Shown here in pieces: positions 41,461 to 52,640 of a stretch of DNA of 52,640 nucleotides. A program made the translations under genes and the position numbers. Within the stretch, counting starts at the first letter, position 1. Each line of letters opens with the position of its first letter. The notes beneath the pieces were generated by a model that ran no database searches, had not been told where the DNA came from, and was given only the letters and a program-made list of their open reading frames with translations. Where the stretch lies: the NCBI GenBank assembly GCA_018398765.1, contig JAHBMJ010000249.1:1-52640 (forward strand), written 5' to 3'. The DNA comes from Chromera velia. Lineage: Eukaryota.

Positions 41461-44400
41461 TTTTCTTTTTTTTTTTTCCTCCTTGTTTGTATACAAAGAA
41501 TCAATCATAAAAGGATTACTTAGTTTGCACCCTCCAAGTCGAAAGATCCAGAGAACGCTGCGACCTCCCTACTGAGAAGGCACTTAGGCTAGAAAGGCCC
41601 TCTGGTTCCCCTCCTGCTGTGAATTGAACAGAGAAGATTTGTGGCAACAAAACGCTGTAATGTGTAGGAAAGAACTTTATAATACTGGTCCATCAGCCTT
41701 GTTTGCACTGCCTCGTCTCCCTCTCCTCCTCTCACTCTTCTGGCCCCCAACTTCGCCATCTCTTTTAAAAAACGAATTGTCCCCTCTCCTGGTCTCCCAT
41801 ATGTCTCAAACACAAGAGGAACAAACTGAAATCCGATTTTATGACAGATCTCACCGTACCTGTCGTTTTTGACCTTCTCTATCGCCTTTGCTGCCAACTC
41901 TGCTGTTTTTGCAAATCTTCGCAGGCGGTTGGCATCAATTGAGAATGGATGGGTCACTGCGACGTCTTCTAGTACGGTGTCTCCTGATGGGAGACCTACA
42001 AGGAAATCGGAATGTTTCTGTCTCTCATTGACGAAACGGGTAGGAGTAGACAAGCCTAGCTGTCCGAAGGTTGGCTCCCTTGTTACATAGCAATGACAGA
42101 GCCCCTGCAAAAGAGAGCAGAATGCATCTTTCATCTGTTCATGTCTCCACCATACACACACCCTCGTGCCACAAGTCTGTACATGCTAGCCTTCATGGTC
42201 CAGCGTGGCCCCACAAGCACAGATCGGGTTCCGTTTGATTTCTGGGATGGGAAGACCAAAATGGAGACGAACGGCGGTGGTGAAGAGCGTGGGGGAAATT
42301 TTTGTCCATCCAGGGACGGCATCACAGTGAGCCAAGCTGAGGCCCCTGTACCCGAACAGGACTTCAAACGTGCCTTCTCTGGAGGGGACAGCATATTCAG
42401 AAGTTGTTCTCTACGAACAAGGTGGAGGGTTTCAATCATCAAGTGCTGCATCTCCCCCCTCTTATGAATTAGGAAATCATCAATTCTCTCCCCCCACTCA
42501 CTTTGCAACACCTGGGGAATATGGTTCTGTCCGAGTTCCCTCTGCACCCCCCCTCTGCAGTCTGTATATGCCTGTGCCACTCTTTTTACCCAATGCAGGC
42601 CGGCAAAGTCCGATCGTGTTGGCGTTGCAAAACCTTGATCGGTAAGCCTGCTTCTGACTGCGGCGAGGGTTTGTGCACCGCAGCCTACTAGCGCTGCCGG
42701 TACGATATGATGGAAGAAAGGGATTCCTAACCCCCCTGGCACAACGAGAGATAGATCTGCTCCTTCTTTTGGGTTCATTCTTCTGGGGTCAGACGCATAG
42801 TACTACGGGCAAAAGAGTCCCCCAACTCCTTATTCGCCCACTCCCAGACGTCAGTGTGCAGTCTGTCTGCCATCACTCGGGCCAAGTAGACGAGTTTGGG
42901 GAAGATGCAGTACCTGAAGAGCAGACTGCAGCCCGGGGGGTCCCCATACCCTTCCACCAGCTTTCCAAGCTTGGTGGCCTCCCCCAACTTCTTTTCAAAC
43001 AGTCTGTTAACAAATGTGTTTCCCCCTCCTGCTGCCCCCATCAGTTTGTAGCCCTCTGTCGAAACCTCAAGTCCCGGGGGACGTTGTTGCAGAATCTCCC
43101 TCTCCGTTTTTCCCCTCCAACTAAAAGAGAAGGCTGCGCTCTTATCTTTGCCTAGATTAAGCGTCAAGCCGTATTCTCCTAAAATTTTGATACAATCTGA
43201 CCACGCAGAGGTCAGACAATCAGCAGAGCTGGAAGGAAAAATGAGGGAGAGGTCATCCATATATGTATCTATAAAGCATCCTACCCTCCCGTGCTTCTCG
43301 TGCAGCCTCTTTTATAACTTTTTTAGTACCGGTTTTAAGCCAAGACAAAAAAGAAGCGGTCCTGCCACATCTCCTTGCTGTATCCCCTCTTGACTCAAGA
43401 ACGTGCGCAGTGTGCCTTTCTGATCATGAAAGAAGATGGGGACAGAGGTGCCATATCAGAGGGAAAAGAAACGATAGAGCTTAGGGAAATGCTCCCGTAA
43501 TTGATCTATCGCTTTCTGTCTATCACACGTGTTGAACGCATTGTTTGTATCTATTTGAAGAAGGATGGAGTTAGGACAGAACTGCAAGTAGGTTTGGACG
43601 GTTCAAAAAATTTTATCTGCCCCTGCGCTAGTTCTGACCGCATACTGAAGAGCACCGAGGTACTCCTCAAACTTCTCCCCGTACTCAATCAAGATAACCT
43701 TGGTCACCTATCTTTGGAGCACGTCCCCGATGGTGATTGGTTTTACTTTATCCCCTTTTGTATCCTTATTAAGGGCAAAAGACCTCCCACCCTAGTTACA
43801 TGATGGCCAGGTAATTACCGGGTAACTGGTTACCTGGCCGGGCTAGACCAATTTTTTAACAATGGCCAGGTTACCGGTTTACCGGCCATATAATTAAAAA
43901 AAAAAACAAAAATGAAAATCTAGAAAAAAAAATTAAAAAAAAATATAGAAAAAAAAATTATAGAAAAAAAATTAAAAGAAAATCTGGCCGCATTCGAAAG
44001 ACGCGGAAACTTTTAAATCCTAAAACTGTTTTTCTTTCACGCATAAAACTCATATGCATACACAATAAGTAAATAACATGCATGAAAATCGATGAAACAC
44101 ATTCATGCGGCATAAAAGCACACACACATGCACAAAACACGCGTGAAACACATGCACAGTCAACTCGACGCGATAGCTGTATCTGAACAAAAACCAGTTG
44201 AGGGATTTTGATCCATCAACTGATTTGTGCAGATACTTTCTATCTAGCGCCTCTTCTCAGACTCTTCTTGGCATTGACGATAGCCCGAGGCTGAGGCTAG
44301 ACAAAATCGATGACTTCCTCCCCTCCCCCTCTTCTGACGCCCGCGTGAACGTTGTTTGCCCACGTCTCTGGAGACAACATCCATCCAGCAGAGTGGAAGG

Positions 44401-45830
44401 GGCTGTGGCCTTACTCTGTGTGAACAGTTTGCCTTTCGACATCTTGAAACTTCTAAGTTTGGCTTCTTTGGGGAACAACTGCTCAATCAAGAGCAAAACC
44501 AACGTTTCAACAACACAGGGTCGCGACGTTTCCACATAAGAAAGTGACTAACCTTTACATCACTGAACGATCACATTCAATTGCGACAGGAGACTGCATA
44601 CAGGCGTGCACGGGTATCGCAAGCATGCTTGACGCGCCGGGCGCGGTCGCGGCGGCCCCCATTACGCCAAGGCCGCGCAGCGGCCACACGGACATCGATC
44701 GGGCCGCGGCGCGGGCCCGCGGTGCCGCCGCGACTCGGCCGGCCAGGTTACCGGCCAACCTGGTAACCACCCCCCTATTTCTGGCTGACTACCAAGTTAC
44801 CAGGATGTACCTAGGCCTCCCACTTGCTAGCAAGCGGAAGAGGGACGGAGGGGCATTGCCCGCTGTAAGGCACTGTACCACCATGAAAAGAGCACACGAT
44901 CCTGCCCCCCCCCTTTAATCCGTCACCAGGGAGAAAGAAGCAGATGTGTTCGTAGCACCACCCTGAAATGCCCTGTGCAGAGCCACAGGCGGCTGAGCGA
45001 GCTGCTTGGAGGAGGGAGTCTAGTGTGAGCTCTAGCCGGGGAGGGTCTGCAGGAAGGGGCTTGGTCTCATATCGGGTCCTGTGAGGGGGGTGAAGTTCTT
45101 TCAGCTTGCGGTATGTTTTTATGGTTGGCGTTGCGATGCCCAGGGAGCCTAGGCGGGAGACAGCTTTCGAGAGCGCCCCATCTTTGATGGGGGACTCGAC
45201 ATGGCGGCACATGTTGTCTTTTATGGTTTGCTTTGACGGTTTTTTTCCTTTCCTCTTCTCCAGTTGCTTTTCTCTCATTTGAACAATATCCAATCTCAGT
45301 GATGAGATCAGAACTTCAAAATCCCGCCTCTAGAAGGCTGAGATTTGGTGTCTCCTGGCTGCGAGGGATGCGTTCCCCCCTCTCCTGTCGACCCTGAGGA
45401 AGAAGGACGGAAAATAGAAGAGCACTTTCCACCCCTGCTCCGCAACTGCAAGGTCATCACTTTGGATTCTCTGGGTGCACTCTTCTAAGATGGCGAGCAG
45501 TGCAGGGTGGAGGGTTGCACTGATGTGTTTATTGGTGTTTATTGGTTAGGATGTCAAGGTTGTCGGGGGCTTCTGCTTCTAGGTCTACGGAATTCCAAAA
45601 CTTCCATTTTTCCTCCCACTCTTCGATGGTTACGTCTGGCTCTTCTTCTTCCCCGTTTGCCCTGTCTCCCTCTCTTTTTCCTCCTCCCCCCCCTTCTAAT
45701 ATTATTGTTTTCTTCAGTGAAACCTCTAAATTTTGCCTTCAATCCATTTGTTTCGGTACAGATTTTGGTCTCAAGAATGTCTTACTGGGCCCCGGCATGC
45801 CACTGGAGCCTGTGAAAGTGGCATCCTGCA
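41461..45830 (-). mobile_element. Degenerate non-LTR retrotransposon with RT, CCHC finger and restriction-like endonuclease (CRE-clade-like)
   Basis: Minus-strand motifs: LKELHP, GSAQGISGW, ALNKDTKGDKVKPITIGDVLQR, LQYAVRTSAGA, DTNNAFNT, GIQQGDVAGPLLF, YMDD, GGLGI, ASAWL, CAC...H...C...RH, and HSD...EDVAVTHP...EKVKNDRY...FVPLVFETYG. A T-run at 41461-41477 is the probable poly(A) tail. The 5' limit is approximate. Confidence 0.88.
43791..44815. mobile_element. Non-autonomous TIR DNA transposon (hAT-like), 1025 bp, nested in the retrotransposon
   Basis: Perfect 8-bp TSD CCTCCCAC at 43783-43790 and 44816-44823. Termini are CCTAGTTACAT and ATGTACCTAGG, with subterminal GGTTACC/GGTAACC and GGCC motifs. 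Excision restores the RT frame LASGR|SFALNKD. Confidence 0.9.
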
Positions 45831-46156
45831 TAATATATGAATAATAACTATTATAATAACTTCGACCACGCATTTTCTTGAGGGACAAGTTGAGGCACTA
45901 TGAGGCACTTAATAATCTGATGGACCATGCAGTCATATGCAGTCTGATTTCAAAGAGAATGAAGGACAAGACAAGACAAAACACGTCGTACCATCACGTG
46001 AACTTGGTGAGCACGCAGACCTTGCATAGTCTGTCTGGTGGTATGAAGAGACGGTTTATGCAGGAGGTCTGGTGTCAACTGTTTCCTGTTTAACCTCTGT
46101 GCGCTTGAGGTCCCCGTCTCCGTGTTTGCTTTTGATTACTTCTTGTGCCTGGCTCA

Positions 46157-48523
46157 ATGTCGGTAAGGTCAACCTTGGGGCGTGTTCCCTTGCTATTCCT
46201 TTGTCTTTGCCTTCTTTTAGACAAAGGGGCTGGAGAGCAACCTGTCGGTTTTCTACAGTCCTCCCACCATGCTTCGTGTGTGAGACGGTCCAGACGCAGA
46301 CAGCCCCCCGGCCACGTCTGTTCTCCACATCCGATCAAGGATGATGCAGCAGTCTCCAAGGATCCTCTTGAAAAGACGTTGCTGGAAGCCTCAATGGCAT
46401 TGCCTGCAGTCCTCTTGGCAACCGTGTTGGATGCGTCAGCCAGTCAAGTCGCCCTCTCTCATAGTTCTCTGGTACCGGTCGAAATGACCTCCCCGTACAC
46501 AGTCGGGCAGTTTGTCCAGCGTCTGATGGTGACAGTCGGGCAGTTTCTCCAGCCTCTGATGATGACAGGCGGGCAGTTTGTCCACCGTCTGATGATGACA
46601 GGCGGGCAGTTTGTCCACCGTCTGATGATGACGTTGACTGACTCGAGACTTTTGTTTTTTGCAACCAGACTTGTATTTTTTTACGCAGTGTTTCGATTTG
46701 CCTCCGAAAAGTTGTCGTCTGCTATGAAATGGTTGGAGGAGGGCCAGAAGAAATGGTTGGAGGAGGGCCCCCCTGGAAGTAGCGTGAAAGAACTTCTGGC
46801 CAAATTCGTTTCGAAAAACACCACATTTTCTGACGTGGTTGGCCTAGAGGAGGCAAAGGAGGAGTTGAAGGAGATTGCAGACATGCTGAAATATCCCAAA
46901 AAGTATCGGCAATTGGATGCACGGATTCCCGCTGGTGTGCTCTTGACAGGCCCTCCAGGGTGCGGCAAGACTTTGCTTGCGAAGGCTTTAGCGGGAGAGA
47001 CCGACACGAAGTTCATTTCCGTGTCTGGCGCCGACCTCACGAGCATGTTCATGAATGTGGCGTCGGAAAAACTACAGAAAATTTTCAAAGCTGCAGATCA
47101 GGAGAAGAGGTGCATCGTATTCATGGACGAGTTCGATACCATCGCCAAGCAGAGGTTTTCCTCACCAGGCAGTCAAGGGGCTTCGATGGACAACGACGCG
47201 ACTGTGAACACAATCCTTACAGCGATGGACGGTTTTCATTCTAGAGCGCAGGAGGGAAATGTCACAATCGTGATCGCTGCGACAAACAGACCCCAGACTC
47301 TTGACGAGGCCGTGACCCGTGCCGGCAGATTTGACCGGAAGATAAGAGTGGGGCTGCCCTCAAAAGAAGGCCGGAAGTCGATGCTGGAGCTGTATCTGAG
47401 AAAGGTTCCCATGAGCAACGAGGCAAGGGAGCATCTTCAGTCTCTTGCAGGTAGGAGGGAAAGAGGGAAAGTGGAAAGATGAACTTGAGAAATCGACACA
47501 GGACTCGATGTATGATGACGTAGAATTACAGTTCGCATGCGGATTTTGATCGTGTCCATGCAAATCATACTCATGATCCTGCATGATGAATTGATTGCAG
47601 ATAGAACAACTGGGTGGAGTGGTGCTCTTTTGGAGTCCACAGCCAACGAGGCGAAGCTGAATGCTGGCCGTCGCTGCTCGTGGAAGGACGCGGGAATAGT
47701 AATGGGGGGTACGACGGTGATTCCGACAGGGAGAAACACTAAGATTGTATATGGAGGGGGGGAAATCCAAAGTGTGGAGGGCGGGAGGATCGCGGAGGAA
47801 GGTGAAGAGACGGAAGGGGAATGGGATCCAAATCTCCGCATCGAGGTGGATGATCTCGAACGTGCGTGGGAGAGGGTTTTGATGGGCCCTCGTACAATCG
47901 GACAAGGATGGCGCGCTCCGTACAACGCACAGCGGAATCGTTGTGTGGCAGTGCACGAGGCCGGCCATGCCCTGGTTGCCTCACTGATCCCTGACGGCCC
48001 AGTTGTTGAGTCTGTCAGCATAGTACCTCGATTGGGCATTGCAGAAGATGAGGGTGGTATTGTGGGTGGGTTTACCAGTTTCCGTCAGAGAGAAGGGAAT
48101 CTGGAGTCGTCAGACAGCTTGAAGGCGCAGCTGGCGACGAGTTATGGGGGGAGGGCGGCGGAGGAGGAAGTCTTCGGCGCGGCCGGGACGACGCCGGGGG
48201 CGTCGGCAGACATCGAATCTGCAACAAAGCTTGCGAAGCAAATGGTGGGATCCTTGGGATTTTCTCCCTTGATAGGTCCTGTGCATATGCCGTCCCTCGG
48301 GGAAGCGGCAGAGACTGAGATGTCACGGGAGGTGCAGGTGCTCTTGACTGAGGCCTATGATCGTGCCAAAAAATTGATGCGAGACAATCGACCTCTGTTA
48401 GATACAACAACAGAGCTTCTCTTGAAGAAGGAAGATGTCAGTGGAAGTGAACTCAGAGAGCTTGTGAAGGAGTTGGGGAAAAGGTCAGTGGAAGAAGTGA
48501 AGTCAGAGAGCCAGGGTGGCTGA
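46157..48523 (+). CDS. ftsH: FtsH-family ATP-dependent zinc metalloprotease, probably with a bipartite plastid-targeting presequence
   Basis: Exons 46157-47450 and 47601-48523 join as LA|DRTTGWSGA. Motifs: TTFSDVVGLEEAKEELKEI, Walker A GPPGCGKT, Walker B VFMDEFD, SRH AATNRPQTLDEAVTRAGRFDR, HEAGH, GGRAAEE and GASADIE. The N-terminus has a hydrophobic signal-like stretch (PLLFLCLCLLL) followed by GFL. Confidence 0.92.
46498..46632 (+). repeat. 33-bp coding tandem repeat x4 in the FtsH N-terminus
   Basis: The unit ACAG(T/G)CGGGCAGTTT(G/C)TCCA(G/C)C(G/C)TCTGATG(A/G)TG encodes T(V/G)GQF(V/L)(Q/H)(R/P)LM(V/M). Confidence 0.9.
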
Positions 48524-50651
48524 TTTTTCTGGTGGCCATAAAACGGTTCGGCCGGCCAGCCGGCCAAAGCCGGCCAAACGGTTTCTGGCTGATCAAAGCT
48601 CTCCGGTCAAAATTGGGTAGACCGTCGCCTCAACATTAACTGTCACTCAAAATTTATAGGTTGACAGACTGTGATAGTCTCTAAAGAGAAGTGCTAGAGG
48701 CTAGAGCTATAGTAGATCATAGTAGTGTAAAGTTACTATAAACTGATTATACATGAGATTATACCTCATAACTATAAAACTATTAAAAGTTGTATATATT
48801 AGTGATTACTACTACACTGATTAGTGATTATAGCCAATATACAGTCAAATTGTCAATCAATGAAGAAATAAAAGCCCTAGCAAAAGCCAGAAAAACACAA
48901 ATAAAGAAACTTTGGCTACGTTTTTAAGCTTACTGAGAGCCTTTTGTATGGTACTTTTTGGATTGCTCTTTCATTTTTTCGACAACCTGAAGGTATTGTT
49001 TCATTGAGTTGGAAAGTGGACATTTTGATAAAAATGTTTATCCACTTTTTGATGCACTGACAGAAAGCAATTTTGAAAGCGCCGCCTTTGGCGCCGGGCA
49101 GAGACCATCTCCGTTAAATTGGAGGCGTTTGGTCTACAGCTAGGCTCCACAGTGTTCCGGGGGTATATAGTCATAATTATTAAACCAAACTGAATCATAC
49201 CAGCAAGTGCCAGCAACAGTTTATATATGCTCTTTCTGAGCACGTATTTCCTGTCACTAAAAAAATTTTTCAGGATAAATAGTACACCAGAATTCTTCTT
49301 AAAAACGTGTTACAGTCCGACTTACAGATCTGATTCAATTTTTTTCATAGTACAAATCGCCCAGCAAATGTCCTATGCAGCTGTAATGTATATGGATTTC
49401 GGTCTTGTCTTTCACGCTCTGCTCAAGCTTCTGTTTTCATTTTTATGCTGTAAAACTGTTATTTGAACTTCCCACTAAGGACTTCATCTTCGACTTTATC
49501 AAGAGTGCGAATAAACCTTTAAATTTGCTCATTTTGCTTGTCTGGGGCGCTCTGGGTCCGAGCTGCTTGACTCACAAGACTCTACTTTAAACTCATAGAG
49601 TTGCTCCTTTCAATCAAAAATCTATGCGCCTGAAGAGCTTATCCATGTAGAAGCGTATAGAAGCGTGCGACTGCTGCATGATCCTCGTGTCCGGCCCCCT
49701 TCTTCGGATTTTTACTAACTGTCCTCTAGACTGGCTCCTAGAATTACCATCGATGTGCTGGACCAGCTTCCTTAAACCTGCAAACAACGCCAGATGCAGC
49801 ATTTTTCCTTCTACTGATCCTCCTGTTGGCTCCTTGCGATCGTCTATACCCCCTGAAAACTTCATTATCCTTTGTTCAAACAGCAAATGAGTTCTGATGG
49901 CGGCTGAAAGGTTGTAAGCTGAAGTCCTTTGGGCTGCCTTATAATCCTTCAGCCTCACACAGCTGGCGTGGGATGGTAAGTAAGCATATTTGGTAAGTAG
50001 AGTACGTCACTTACAAGCGGCTTGAGAGGTGACATCGGTCTATACCGCAGAAACGATGAAGCTGCTACCATAATTCAAGATCATATATATGAGTCTGATT
50101 GTTGTACCTTCCTCTATTCATATATATAACATGCGTACGACAAGAGATGCACGCGCTATGCATATATCTACATATATCCGGATTTGTCCAAAGAGAATTA
50201 ATTTGAAAGTTCACTTGTGCAGTATATACTTCCGACAACCGACTCTAATATATGCCCGGAGAGGCGGTAAGAGACTCCAGTCATGCAATGCATTCATGAA
50301 TGCAACACTCACCGGATGCGTGCAACATGACATTTGCAACATTTTTTCATGCAAAGCAACATGTAGCATGCAGCCGCGGCCCGCGGTGCATGCATGGTGC
50401 TCGCATAACATTCGCAGGACGCATCGTTGCGCTTCGTTACGTTCAGGTGCAATGATGGCGGTCAGCCTATCATCGAGGAGGAGCCGTCGCCACTTCTGCT
50501 GGAAAAGCTTCTCACCTATTCCGACTTGCTGCGAAGACTTACACCCTGCTCTACGTCAACCTTCGTCCCGCGCACTTCCGGTTTCTCGTCAAACTGATCC
50601 TGCACAAATCCTGTCTCCTGACCTTTGCCGCAGAGAACACATGCAAGGAAA

Positions 50652-51713
50652 ATGAAAGCAGACGGTGAAATCAGTGCCTACAAGGTTGCCCTCTGCTCGA
50701 CAGGTTTCGCAGCAGATGCCTATGACCTGTTCATCGTCAACCTGGTCGAGGCGTTCCTGACCGAAGAGTTCCCAAAACACTCTTCGCTGGACATCATGCT
50801 GCTCTCCTCATCTATGCTCTGGGCTTCGCTTGTGGGGCAACTGACTTTTGGCATACTGGCCGATCGTTTTGGCAGAAAGGCTCTGTACGTAACGACCGTT
50901 GCCCTCATTGCGGCTGGGTCCCTGTTGTCTTCCCTGTACTTTCCGGGAATGGGAATTGGGCCCTTCGTTTGGGTTCCCCTCTTCCGAGCGGTGATGGGAA
51001 TCGGTCAGTTGAACTGGCCGTCTACATGCATTTGCTTGGAATGATATTCATTGAGTCCGGCCGGAGCAATTTCTACAGCAAAGATACGTGCTTCCCTCTC
51101 TGTACAGCTCCCTGTCCTTCGCAAACCCAAAAGCTCCTCTTCAGCGGACAGACATTCATTGTCTGTTTTCAATTATGCACTCCGCGCACAAAAAGGCTGT
51201 GAAACTGGAGCGTTCGCCCTCCTGCCAACCACTTGATTCGCTCTCTTTCTCCCAGCAGCTAGATGCGAAATGACATACAGTTTTTCACTCTGGTCTGTCA
51301 GTCCGTCTATCTATCCATCTATTCATCTATCCATCTGTATCCTTCCATTTATTCATCAACATATCTATCGGTCTGTCTGTCTGTCTGTCTGTCTGGCTGG
51401 CTGGCTGATGCACACACGGACTACCTAAGCGACTGGCTAGCTGACTGACTGGCTATATGACTGAACGACCGATTAGCTTGCTGGCTGACTGACTAACCGA
51501 CTGGATCACTGAATCGCTGACTGAGTGCCTGTTGACTGACTGGCTGACTGACAGACTGACTGGCTGACACTCATGGTTGCGCTTCCTTTTTCTCTTCCGC
51601 TGTGTGCACTTCAGGGATCGGGGGTGAATACCCTCTGTCTGCCTCCGTGGCAAGTGAGAGCGTGGGACCGAAGACTGCAGGGAAACTTCTTGCAATCGTG
51701 TTCTCCTTTCAAG
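50652..51713 (+). CDS. MFS inorganic phosphate transporter, PHO84/PHT1-like (first two exons; continues past the window end)
   Basis: Exon 50652-51003 encodes GFAADAYDLF...GQLTFGILADRFGRK...FRAVMGI. Exon 51615-51713 encodes GIGGEYPLSASVASE...LLAIVFSFQG. These are the phosphate:H+ symporter signatures. Confidence 0.9.
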
Positions 51714-51749
51714 GTGGGTGGGTGAGCGCTCATTCGTGTCCTCTTTCTC

Positions 51750-52097
51750 TGTCTCTCCGCCTCTGTCTGTCTGTCTGTCTGTCTGTCTGCCTGCCTGTCT
51801 GTCCGAAAGAAAGGAAGCGTTTCGGAAAAGGTGAAGTGAAGAAAAGACGACATAGTCTGTCTGTCTGTCTGTCCGCCAAAAGAAGAAAGAAAAAAACAGA
51901 AGAGAATGAAGAAGAAGAAAAAGGGAAAGAAAAGAGGATATAGTATGTCTGTCTGTCTGTCAGTCTGTCAGTCAGTCTGTCTATCTGTCTGTCTGTCTGT
52001 TTGTTTCTTTTTGTCTGTGGTGTTCATGAAGAAAAAGAGGGAGAAGAAGAAGAAACATATAGTCTGTCTGTCAGTCTGTCAGTCTGTCAGTCAGTCA

Positions 52098-52133
<36 letters not shown>

Positions 52134-52506
52134 CTGTCTGTCTCTGTCCGTCTCTGTCTGTCTCTGTCTGTCTCTGTCTGTCTCTGTCTGTCTGTTCGAC
52201 GGTGCCGGTCCCCGCGTGCAGTTCCTTTTTTCCTTTTTCTTTTTTTAATTTTTGAATTTTCTTGTCTTGTCTTCTTTTCTTCTCTTTCTTGTCTTGAGTG
52301 GAAGCAGCAGAGGAGTAGCGTGTGAAACCAGTGATCACGTGAAAGTCTGTCGGGAGGTGGAGAGGCAAGGGGCGCTTAACTCTCACCTTTCGGGCCCCCT
52401 GCCCACGCTGTTTGATTGTTGGTGCTGTTCTTTTGTCTTTGTTCTTTCTTTCTTTTTGTCTGTTGTGTTCATGAAGAAAAGGAGGGAGAAGAAGAAGAAA
52501 CATATA

Positions 52507-52542
<36 letters not shown>

Positions 52543-52590
52543 GCGTGTCTGAAAAAAAGGCAGAAGAAGAAACATACAGTCTCTCTGTCA

Positions 52591-52638
<48 letters not shown>

Positions 52639-52640
52639 GC
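51750..52640 (+). repeat. (TCTG)n-rich intron with embedded copies of dispersed repeat families A and B
   Basis: Long TCTG/TCAG arrays; family B at ~52000-52065 and ~52426-52510; family A at ~52270-52357. Confidence 0.85.

Noticed and set aside
46498..46632. 33-bp repeats as a CRISPR-like array
   Set aside because: The units are contiguous with no spacers, lie in frame within FtsH, and the context is eukaryotic.
49000..49960. Decayed minus-strand coding-like sequence (TSAYNLSA resembles an integrase motif)
   Set aside because: It has many stops and no further convincing DDE motifs, so I cannot assign a family.

Overview
Eukaryotic, intron-rich DNA with (TCTG)n/(CT)n/(TG)n microsatellite-laden introns and ApiAP2 genes. 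This fits a chromerid/apicomplexan-related alveolate such as Chromera (inference). Host genes: a multi-exon alpha/beta-hydrolase (monoglyceride-lipase family) whose nucleophile elbow appears to lack the catalytic Ser; two head-to-head ApiAP2 paralogs, with an apparently gene-converted second AP2 domain and a 42-bp palindrome between them; HGH1; a probably plastid-targeted FtsH protease; and the 5' part of a PHO84/PHT1-like phosphate transporter. The 27-46 kb interval is a transposon block. It holds a decayed, intron-containing Helitron RepHel, a convergent Penelope-like reverse transcriptase with no visible endonuclease and one in-frame TAG, and a decayed CRE-like non-LTR retrotransposon interrupted by a 1-kb TIR element with an 8-bp TSD. 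A TA-flanked MITE lies at 8.3-9.3 kb. Leading novelty candidates are (i) a possible composite Helitron + endonuclease-less PLE element bounded by matching hairpin-associated inverted motifs, (ii) domain-restricted gene conversion between the inverted AP2 paralogs, and (iii) a RIP-like TpA signature in repeats. All calls come from reading motifs by eye; no searches were run.
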